Below, piece after piece: positions 24,937 through 31,952 of a DNA stretch of 31,952 bases. The first letter of the stretch is position 1; every line of letters begins with the position of its first letter. The DNA is from Cyclobacteriaceae bacterium. Its GTDB lineage: Bacteria > Bacteroidota > Bacteroidia > Cytophagales > Cyclobacteriaceae. The stretch covers positions 1-31,952 of the forward strand of contig JBGTIS010000298.1 in NCBI GenBank assembly GCA_041745535.1, given 5' to 3'. A program made the translations under genes and the position numbers. Under the pieces are notes generated by a model. It did no database searches, was not told the DNA's origin, and saw only the letters and a program-made list of their open reading frames with translations.

Positions 24937-26727
24937 TTATTCAGCTACGCATTTTAACTGAATCCAAAAAGTACTTCCTTCACCTTCTTTGGAATGCAGT
25001 CCAATACCACCGCCCATCGCTTCAATAAATTCCTTTGAAATAGCTAACCCAAGCCCTGTACCTTCACTGTTATTATCGGATATACGGGTAAACTTATGGA
25101 ATATCCGTTGCTGGTCGACAACTGCTATGCCCCTTCCTTTGTCAATTACGGCAATTTTTATATATTGATCTTCAGTCTGAGCGGTGATAAGGATGGTGCC
25201 ATGTTCGGGCGAATATCGGATGGCATTGGTTAGAAAATTATTCAGTACCCAGACTGTCTTATGCGGATCTGCAAGGATTTCAGAAAGATCTGGTTCAATG
25301 TCCATTTCAAGTGTCAGGTGTTTATCTTCCAAGAAAGGTAACACCCCTTCTCTGGCTTTTTTTACGATAGACTTTGGAGAAACGTACTCTGTACGGATGT
25401 CGATCAAACCACTTTCTATTTTTGATAGATCGAGGATCTCAGTGATCGTTCTTTTAATTCTGCCAACATTAGCGTCAATGGTCTTTATCAGCTTCTTTTG
25501 TTCCTTGCTGAGTTGACCTACTTTATGATTGCCAATAAGATTGGTGCTTAATTCAATAGCTGCTACAGGTGTCTTAAGTTCATGGGAAAGGGATGCGATG
25601 AATTTTGTTTTGGCTTCGTCTTTTTCAGCAAAGTCTGTGATGTCTGAAAGAATGATCACGTGCCCTATTAATATTTCCCGGCTTTCTCCTGTAGGTTGAG
25701 CCGATACATTAACGATATTTTTTGCAAACAGTCTTTCTTTATTTCCATCAACAATTTTCAGCGGGTGATATTCTTTAGCTTCCCAAGACTCAAAGCTGAT
25801 TATCAGTTCGCTAATCATGGCATTCATTAATTTATTGTGTACAGCTACATCCGGAGCATACCGATGGAGCAGTTGCTCAAGGGGTAAACCTAACAATCTC
25901 AGTGCACGATCATTGGCAAAAATAATTCTTTTAGATTCATCCAGGCCAACAATTGCCTCTGACATCTGATTGATGATTGTTTCAATCAATTTTTTCTCAC
26001 TCAGCAGTTTTGCCAAATTGCTATGTTCGTATTCGTCCAACTTGGCGGCCATATGATTAAAAGAGGCGGCCAATTGTCCGAATTCATCTTTTGCTTTGAT
26101 ATGCAGTTTAGTTCTATAATTGCCTTGAGCGATCTCCTGAATAGCTTTGTTAAATTTGATGATAGGCCGGGAAATATAAACCGGAATACCCACTACGAAT
26201 ACCAAACCAATGATGATACTGGCAATACCGATTAAAGTCATGTATAATACTACTTTATCAGCTGTATCATTGGCACGAGCATTTTTTCGAACAATGGCTT
26301 CCTGGTTTACCGCATATATCTGATCAATTTGTTTGAGTAGCTGAAATATTTCCGTATGCAAGGCTGCTTTATTATCCAGTTGGTTAACCAGTGCCGCGAA
26401 ATCAGAGAGCAACTGATCGGAAAGTTGTTGTTCGCCAGACTCAGTGACATTTTGCAATTGTAATTGTATGTTTTCTTCAAACAATGCGACGGCCTGCTGT
26501 ACCAATGGAATTTGCAAAGAAAGTGAATCCTTTGCCTGGATATACAGAAGGACATCCATTGACTGATCCAGTTTTTCCATATACCCCAGCGTACGGTAAT
26601 TGTCTTCAATAATGGCATGCGAATCATTGGCCAGCCAACGAAGGTAATAGCTCCCTACTCCCCCCAAAAGCAGAATTACTAAAAAGAGAAAAGCAATGGC
26701 TAAGGTGAGTTTTAGTCTCAGTTTCAT
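24937..26727 (-). CDS. Sensor histidine kinase (TM-periplasmic sensor-TM-HAMP-PAS-HisKA-HATPase_c), NtrB/AtoS/ZraS-like partner of the sigma54 regulator
   Basis: 596 aa. TM1 is LTLAIAFLFLVILLLGGVGSYYL. A ~150-aa periplasmic region follows, then TM2 VVLYMTLIGIASIIIGLVFVVGIPVYI. The HAMP domain is KFNKAIQEIAQGNYRTKLHIKAKDEFGQLAASFNHMAAKL. The H-box is IASLSHELKTPVAAI. The N/G boxes are NAIRYS, DKGRGI and GTGLGLAISKEFIEAMGG. Confidence 0.85.
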   Translation of the reverse strand: MKLRLKLTLAIAFLFLVILLLGGVGSYYLRWLANDSHAIIEDNYRTLGYMEKLDQSMDVLLYIQAKDSLSLQIPLVQQAVALFEENIQLQLQNVTESGEQQLSDQLLSDFAALVNQLDNKAALHTEIFQLLKQIDQIYAVNQEAIVRKNARANDTADKVVLYMTLIGIASIIIGLVFVVGIPVYISRPIIKFNKAIQEIAQGNYRTKLHIKAKDEFGQLAASFNHMAAKLDEYEHSNLAKLLSEKKLIETIINQMSEAIVGLDESKRIIFANDRALRLLGLPLEQLLHRYAPDVAVHNKLMNAMISELIISFESWEAKEYHPLKIVDGNKERLFAKNIVNVSAQPTGESREILIGHVIILSDITDFAEKDEAKTKFIASLSHELKTPVAAIELSTNLIGNHKVGQLSKEQKKLIKTIDANVGRIKRTITEILDLSKIESGLIDIRTEYVSPKSIVKKAREGVLPFLEDKHLTLEMDIEPDLSEILADPHKTVWVLNNFLTNAIRYSPEHGTILITAQTEDQYIKIAVIDKGRGIAVVDQQRIFHKFTRISDNNSEGTGLGLAISKEFIEAMGGGIGLHSKEGEGSTFWIQLKCVAE

Positions 26728-26731
26728 GGAA

Positions 26732-26884
26732 TTAAATAATTTTCAGATCAATTAAAATGATTAATACCAGGATAAGGATAACAAAAAATATTATAGGCCA
26801 CTTCAAATATCCTATATCCTTGTACCAGTCATCTACTGACTTATAATGTTTCTTTTCTTTTGAATCAGATTGATTTTCCTCCAT
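26732..26884 (-). CDS. Unannotated 50-aa single-pass membrane peptide immediately upstream of, and coupled to, the histidine kinase
   Basis: Hand translation of the minus strand gives MEENQSDSKEKKHYKSVDDWYKDIGYLKWPIIFFVILILVLIILIDLKII*. This is an acidic N-terminus followed by one clear TM helix. Its stop (26732-26734) lies 4 nt from the kinase start codon (26725-26727). It is absent from the ORF track, presumably because it falls below the size cut-off. Confidence 0.45.
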   Translation of the reverse strand: MEENQSDSKEKKHYKSVDDWYKDIGYLKWPIIFFVILILVLIILIDLKII

Positions 26885-26911
26885 ATTATTCCTTTTAGAT
26901 ATTATTAAATT

Positions 26912-27271
26912 TTAAAACCTGAACATTTCTTTATATCGCTCCTTCATCGCCGGTGGCATCTGATCAAGGACCCATGGATGTTTTGTAAGGTTCACTTGCG
27001 CTTGCAAGCAATAAAAGTAAATTTTCTCGAATTTTATTACAGCTGAGGAATTGGCTTCTGTATGAATGTACTCTGCCACAAGAAAAGCTTCTTTTACTTT
27101 ATCTTTAGGGGTTTCTTTTTCCCTTCTTATTTCTACTTCTTTGATTAATTTAACAGTGTACATTGCAAAAAAAGTGGCTTGAACGGCCAGATATTCGTTT
27201 GGGTCCTCTAAGTCAGGTTTTAAGGCAATCTCTGTAGAATCCAACAAGCCTAATATCATATTCATATCCAT
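26912..27271 (-). CDS. Hypothetical 119-aa cytoplasmic protein embedded in the two-component operon
   Basis: The ORF has three alternative Met starts (MDMNM). It has no TM segment and no recognisable motif. It is on the same strand as, and lies between, the NtrC-like regulator and the kinase. Confidence 0.5.
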   Translation of the reverse strand: MDMNMILGLLDSTEIALKPDLEDPNEYLAVQATFFAMYTVKLIKEVEIRREKETPKDKVKEAFLVAEYIHTEANSSAVIKFEKIYFYCLQAQVNLTKHPWVLDQMPPAMKERYKEMFRF

Positions 27272-27491
27272 TATTTTACTTTTTCAAATACCTATGGAAT
27301 CCGATCAAGGCAAAGAATTCCATTTATTGCACTAGACAAGAGCCAAGCTTTATACCAAGCCGAAAAACATGTTAATATTTGGTTATTAAAAGCCTGAAAT
27401 GCAGCTAATTACAGTAAAAAACGTAAATGTAGATATATAATTAACTCTTCCATTTTGGAAGGTTTTTTCCATAATGGGTGGGTATTAGAAG

Positions 27492-28832
27492 TTATTCCAG
27501 ATCGTATTCTAGGATTTTTCTATAAAGGGTAGTAAGGCCAATTCCTAATAACTCAGCGGTTTTAGTTTTATTGCCTTGGGTATAATGTAACACGTTCAGG
27601 ATATGTGACTTTTCCACATCCTGTAATTTGAAAACTCCTGCCGAAACACCCTGCACACCCGTATATTGGAAATTGAAAGGTAATAAGTCTTTGGTAAGCT
27701 GTTCATTTTCACACAAAATAACGGCGCGTTCTATGACATTGCGTAGTTCACGGATATTGCCTTTCCAAAAGTGCACTTGCAAAGCTTGTAAAAAATCTTG
27801 GTGGATGCTTTTGATTTTTTTCTGCATTCTAATGGAGAATTGCCGCATAAAATGTTCGGCGAGCAAGGGAATGTCTTTCCTCCGTTCATCCAAGCCAGGG
27901 AGGCGAATGGTAAAAGAGGAAATGCGATAGAATAAATCTTCCCGGAAATTTCCTTGCAGGATTTCGTGCTCCAAGTTGTGGTTGGTAGCAGCGATGATGC
28001 GTACATTTACTGTGGTTTCTTTGGTTTCTCCTACTTTTATGAAAGTCCCACTTTCCAGCACCCGCAATAATTTGGCTTGTAACCCCGGATGCAATTCACC
28101 GATCTCATCCAGGAAAAGCGTGCCTTCATGGGCCTCTTCTATCAGTCCTTTTTTGTCCCTGCTGGCTCCTGTAAAAGCCCCCGCTTTATGGCCAAACATT
28201 TCACTTTCCAGCAAATCTTTTCCAAAAGCACTGCAATTCAGCGCCACAAATGATTCGTTTTTACGAGGGCTTTCGGCATGAATGGCATGGGCGAATACTT
28301 CTTTTCCAGTGCCGGTAGCACCTGTCAAAAGCACGGTAGTAGCTGAGGAAGCTACTTTTCTGGATAGTTCCATAGCTTCCCTGATGAGATTGGATTTCCC
28401 AATGATATTTTCAAAACCATATTGTTTGGAAACCTTTTCTTCCAGGTGCCGGATGCGAAACTGCAACCGGGCTTTTTCGGCTGCCTTGGCTACCATGGGG
28501 ATAATTTTTGGGTTGTCATCCCCTTTCACCAAGTAGTCAAAGGCCCCCTTTTTCATGGCCTTTACCCCATCCTGGATGCTGCCAAAGGCAGTAAGACAAA
28601 TAATTTCCGTTGCAGGGGATATTTTCTTTAATTCTTCTGTGAGTGCAATGCCATTGATATCTGGCAGTTTGATATCTGTAAGTACTACCTGTATTTTATG
28701 GGCCTCAAGTATTTTTCTACCGTATTTTCCATTGGTGGCCTTATATACATGATAATCCTCCAGTTCCAGCGTTCTGGCCAATAATTCCAAGATGTCTTTC
28801 TCATCATCTATGATCAACAGACTGTATTCCAT
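27492..28832 (-). CDS. Sigma-54-dependent response regulator (NtrC/AtoC/ZraR family: REC-AAA+ sigma54 activator-Fis HTH)
   Basis: The REC domain is LLIIDDEKDILELL...VVLTDIKLPDINGI...TAFG. The Walker A motif is TVLLTGATGTGKEVFAHAIH. The GAFTGA motif is present (GHKAGAFTGAS). The Walker B motif is GTLFLDEIGEL. The C-terminal Fis-type HTH is NKTKTAELLGIGLTTLYRKI. Confidence 0.9.
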   Translation of the reverse strand: MEYSLLIIDDEKDILELLARTLELEDYHVYKATNGKYGRKILEAHKIQVVLTDIKLPDINGIALTEELKKISPATEIICLTAFGSIQDGVKAMKKGAFDYLVKGDDNPKIIPMVAKAAEKARLQFRIRHLEEKVSKQYGFENIIGKSNLIREAMELSRKVASSATTVLLTGATGTGKEVFAHAIHAESPRKNESFVALNCSAFGKDLLESEMFGHKAGAFTGASRDKKGLIEEAHEGTLFLDEIGELHPGLQAKLLRVLESGTFIKVGETKETTVNVRIIAATNHNLEHEILQGNFREDLFYRISSFTIRLPGLDERRKDIPLLAEHFMRQFSIRMQKKIKSIHQDFLQALQVHFWKGNIRELRNVIERAVILCENEQLTKDLLPFNFQYTGVQGVSAGVFKLQDVEKSHILNVLHYTQGNKTKTAELLGIGLTTLYRKILEYDLE

Positions 28833-28958
28833 GCTATAAAGTTAACAATTAGCTCATACTAAAATTCAGTACAAAGTTAAAGAGGACACGATAAAAATTT
28901 GGTAGGCAACTTACCTGAATGTTCTTGGTTAATAGGAGTGGATTATTAAATTTGCTCC

Positions 28959-30776
28959 ATGAAATTTGATTTTAGAAACATCCGCCTTTCTGATAGAAAT
29001 TTAAAAGCAATACAAAAAGTTTTACAGGGCATTGATATTTTTCTAATCATTTCAAGTCTTATTGGAGTTTTTACCGTCCTGTATGATACAGGATTCGAGC
29101 GAGATCTCATTTTAAAAATCAAACTACAAACTTTTTACTCCTTTTGCCTGCTCACATTTTTTATCGCTATTTTTATAAAACTATTACTACAGTTCAATAA
29201 AGAAATTAAACGCAGCAGACTTATTTCAGAGTACATTTTGTTTTTGGTGTTGTTGCTGATGGTCGTTATCAGGTTTACTCCAATAGAGTATTTTATTGGC
29301 AATTCCTTTCTTTCCATTCTGAATGAACATTTCTTTATCAATCTGGTATTCCTGGTCATCTTTATCATTGAAATTTCAAAACATAGCGTTGACTTGTTTC
29401 AATTCAATGTAAACCCGCCCATATTGTTTGTGTTAAGTTTTCTTTTACTCATTCTCATGGGTACCGGATTGCTCCTTTTACCTCATGCTACCGTAGAGGG
29501 TATTAGCGTTGTGGATGCACTTTTTACTTCTACCAGTGCAGTATGTGTAACAGGTTTAATTGTCGTGGATACAGCCACCTATTTTACCGATTTCGGAAAA
29601 ACTATCATTCTGATATTATTTCAGGTGGGCGGGTTAGGATTCATGACATTTTCCAGCTTTTTTGGTTTCTTTTTTAAAGGCAGCTCTTCCTTACAGAATC
29701 AGTTATTTCTGAGAGATTATATCAATGAGGAGAAAATTGGTGAGATATCAAAAACGCTTGCCCGCATAATTGTGTTCACTTTTGTGGTAGAGTTGTTGGG
29801 TGCAGTCATTATTTTTTTCTCTTTGGGTTCGTTTTTATTCAACAATACTTCAGAGAAAATTCGCTTTGCCGTTTTTCACGCCATTTCTGCCTTTTGTAAT
29901 GCCGGATTCTCTACCTTATCCAATGGACTTTTTGAAGAAGGCATCCGGGATAACTATAATGTGCATCTCATTATTGCTGTCATCATTATAATTGGCGGGA
30001 TTGGTTTTCCTGTCATCATCAATTTTTATAACTACTTTAAGAGTGTTTTTGTCAGAGCATCCCGTCATTTTATTGTAAGGGAAGAATACCGACATTCCGT
30101 AAGAGTTTTCAGTGCGAATACCAAAATCGTGATAAGTACCACAATGGTTCTACTTTTGATTGGATGCCTCACCTTTTTTTCCTTTGAATATAATCATGCC
30201 CTGAAAGGTTTATCATGGTATGGTAAAATGGCAACTACTATTTTTGGGGCTGTTACGCCAAGAACGGCAGGGTTCAACACAGTAGACATGACTGCCCTTA
30301 CTTTGCCTACGGTGCTGATTTATCTCATCCTAATGTGGATTGGGGCTTCTCCCGGGTCAACAGGAGGAGGACTGAAAACAACTACTTTTGCTGTGGCAGT
30401 TTTAAATGCCCTCAGTATAGCGAAAGGGAAAGATAGGGTTGAAGCTTTTCAACGGGAAATTACCAATGAATCGGTAAGAAAAGCTTTTGCCGTGATTCTG
30501 TTATCCTTCCTTGTCATTGGACTTGCTGTATTCCTTGTTATGTTTTTTGATCCTGATAAAAAATTAGTGGAGGTTGCTTTTGAGTGTTTCTCGGCCTTTA
30601 GTACGGTGGGTTTGAGTTTGGGAATCACCGGAAGTTTGACAATGGGTAGCAAAATTGTAATCAGCATTACCATGTTTTTAGGCAGGGTTGGTATTCTGAC
30701 CCTATTGATTGCTTTTTTTCAAAAAGTTAAATCGTTGAATTATCGCTATCCGGATGAAAGTGTATTTATTAGCTGA
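28959..30776 (+). CDS. TrkH/KtrB-family potassium uptake permease with an N-terminal extension
   Basis: 605 aa and polytopic. It has repeated M-P-M selectivity-filter-like loops with the glycine signatures VCVTGLIV, QVGGLGFMT, NAGFS, and TGGGLKTTT. This is longer than typical TrkH (~480 aa) because of ~120 extra N-terminal residues carrying two TM helices. Confidence 0.8.
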   Translation: MKFDFRNIRLSDRNLKAIQKVLQGIDIFLIISSLIGVFTVLYDTGFERDLILKIKLQTFYSFCLLTFFIAIFIKLLLQFNKEIKRSRLISEYILFLVLLLMVVIRFTPIEYFIGNSFLSILNEHFFINLVFLVIFIIEISKHSVDLFQFNVNPPILFVLSFLLLILMGTGLLLLPHATVEGISVVDALFTSTSAVCVTGLIVVDTATYFTDFGKTIILILFQVGGLGFMTFSSFFGFFFKGSSSLQNQLFLRDYINEEKIGEISKTLARIIVFTFVVELLGAVIIFFSLGSFLFNNTSEKIRFAVFHAISAFCNAGFSTLSNGLFEEGIRDNYNVHLIIAVIIIIGGIGFPVIINFYNYFKSVFVRASRHFIVREEYRHSVRVFSANTKIVISTTMVLLLIGCLTFFSFEYNHALKGLSWYGKMATTIFGAVTPRTAGFNTVDMTALTLPTVLIYLILMWIGASPGSTGGGLKTTTFAVAVLNALSIAKGKDRVEAFQREITNESVRKAFAVILLSFLVIGLAVFLVMFFDPDKKLVEVAFECFSAFSTVGLSLGITGSLTMGSKIVISITMFLGRVGILTLLIAFFQKVKSLNYRYPDESVFIS

Positions 30777-30833
30777 TGGTTATTTTTAGCTTTTAAATTT
30801 ATAATTAGATTTTTAAAATTAAACCTTTATCGT

Positions 30834-31523
30834 ATGAAGTACATTATTGTGGGTATGGGAAATTTTGGAGCCTATTTATCCATTCGGCTTACTGAAATGG
30901 GCCATGAAGTGATTGGCGTAGATTCCCAAATGGGAAAAATTGATTTAATAAAAGAAAAAATCACCCATGCCGTTAATCTAGACGCGACTGACTTATCTGC
31001 TGTTAAAACATTACCCATTAAGGATGTAGACGTAGTGATTGTAGGGATTGGTGAAGATTTTGGCGCTTCTATTATGGCTACAGCCATTTTCAAACAGTTG
31101 AAGGTTAAGCGCCTGATCAGCCGCGCTATCTCTCCATTGCATGAAACAGTACTTCAGGCGATTGGTGTGGAAGAGATCATACACCCGGAAGAGGAAACCG
31201 CGGAAAGATTATCTAAAAGATTGGAGATGAAAGGGATTATAGATTCATTAAGCCTTTCGGAAAACTTTAATATCGTTGAAGCAGAAGCACCTGATAGATA
31301 TGTAGGAAGAACCATTGAAGAAATAGATTTAAGGGGTAATTTCAATATTAATATCCTAACAATTCTCAGGTTTGAAGAAAAGCAGAATATTTTTGGGGTC
31401 TCTCAGCAAAGAAAAAGAGCGCAAGGTGTGGTTTCCCCACACACAAGAATCAATAAAGGTGATATTCTGGTATTGTTCGGAGACATCAAAGATATTCAAG
31501 AGATGATGAACCTGACTAAATAG
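30834..31523 (+). CDS. TrkA/KtrA potassium transporter regulatory subunit (RCK N- and C-domains)
   Basis: 229 aa. The N-terminal Rossmann motif is IIVGMGNFGAYLSIRLTEMGHEVIGVD (GxGxxG). The TrkA-C-like C-terminal domain is FNIVEAEAPDRYVGRTIEEIDLRGNFNINILTILR. The gene starts 57 nt downstream of the permease gene. Confidence 0.8.
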   Translation: MKYIIVGMGNFGAYLSIRLTEMGHEVIGVDSQMGKIDLIKEKITHAVNLDATDLSAVKTLPIKDVDVVIVGIGEDFGASIMATAIFKQLKVKRLISRAISPLHETVLQAIGVEEIIHPEEETAERLSKRLEMKGIIDSLSLSENFNIVEAEAPDRYVGRTIEEIDLRGNFNINILTILRFEEKQNIFGVSQQRKRAQGVVSPHTRINKGDILVLFGDIKDIQEMMNLTK

Positions 31524-31616
31524 TTGTTTGAAATTCTAACTGAAGGCTTATAGCAATGTTATTAAGCTGACTATCAGTAGAGGTTCCTTTCTAATGAAAA
31601 AGCCATTTACTAAACC

Positions 31617-31650
31617 ACTCTGTACTTACAGTGCAGAGGTTTCTTTTCAT
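31617..31650 (+). terminator. Rho-independent terminator downstream of the trkA/ktrA-like gene
   Basis: CTCTGTACT-tac-AGTGCAGAG forms a 9-bp stem with one G-U pair, followed by GTTTCTTTTC. A second small hairpin AGGACT-gaa-AGTCCT sits at 31652-31666. Confidence 0.55.
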
Positions 31651-31952
31651 CAGGACTGAAAGTCCTTCTCTAATATAAAATCGCTACTATCGCTCTCATC
31701 TTTTCTATGGTGTTCAAGGTACTCTAGGTAACTCCCATATTCATGTTTTTTCTCACGTTAAGAGAAAAGAGGATGAAAAATTGACAGAATCAGTGTGCGA
31801 AAACGGATAAATAAGGATCGTGTAAAAAATAACTTATAATGGTTTGTAAAATACCATATAATTCCAAAGTGGCAACAGATGCCCAAAGATGATATAATTC
31901 TCAATGTTATGTTTGAACTCTTGTTGGTACTTACGCTTGATATTATAGTGTT

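Noticed and set aside
28833-28958. Search for a sigma54 -24/-12 promoter (TGGCAC-N5-TTGC) upstream of the trkH/ktrB-like gene and on the minus strand at 27272-27491
   Set aside because: Candidate GG/GC pairs (GTGGATTATTAAATTTGCT, and TTGGCTCTTGTCTAGTGCA on the minus strand) have 12-nt rather than 10-nt spacing, so no convincing site was found by eye. A PWM scan is needed.

Overview
This 31.9-kb window looks like a Bacteroidota-type chromosomal segment with Cytophagia/Sphingobacteriia-like gene content and roughly mid-40s % GC, containing 21 intact genes and 2 disrupted ones.

The left third (1-9.4 kb) is housekeeping or conserved:
- a TPR lipoprotein
- a 7TMR-DISM sensor histidine kinase
- an amidohydrolase, convergent with the kinase and overlapping its 3' end by 7 bp
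- DNA-3-methyladenine glycosylase I (tag)
- a short-form carB lacking the C-terminal allosteric domain
- a DUF4834-like small protein

An accessory stretch follows:
- an AT-rich orphan gene (9395-10141)
- a REP-associated tyrosine transposase (RAYT, IS200-like; 10261-10689) flanked by inverted REP-like hairpins
- a divergently transcribed XRE-HTH/S24-like regulator (11065-11844)

Next comes a tightly packed, co-directional seven-gene cluster (11994-22662):
- a YbjN/YjfI-like protein
- PspA/IM30 (bacterial ESCRT-III)
- a YqiJ/NfeD-like membrane protein
- a YqiK-type flotillin (SPFH) with a long E/A/K-rich coiled coil
- a DUF3784 membrane protein
- a 1646-aa giant protein whose only recognisable module is a C-terminal MoxR/AAA_5-like ATPase
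- an HU-HIG/DUF4469 DNA-binding-like protein

This cluster is the best candidate for an undescribed system. It could be a PspA/flotillin membrane-remodelling or envelope-stress (possibly defence) module with a dedicated giant AAA+ ATPase. It is bracketed by the RAYT on the left and a degenerate IS630 element (22968-24005, two frameshifts) on the right. A decayed 3' fragment of a paralogous giant gene lies just downstream of the intact one.

The right end carries:
- a split pRiA4b-ORF3-family pseudogene
- a sigma54-type two-component operon, in transcription order: NtrC-family regulator, a 119-aa unknown, an unannotated 50-aa membrane peptide, then a HAMP/PAS histidine kinase
- divergent from that operon, TrkH/KtrB-TrkA/KtrA potassium uptake genes with a rho-independent terminator

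No rRNA, tRNA or CRISPR arrays were found. All calls come from reading the ORF translations and the nucleotide sequence; no database searches were run.
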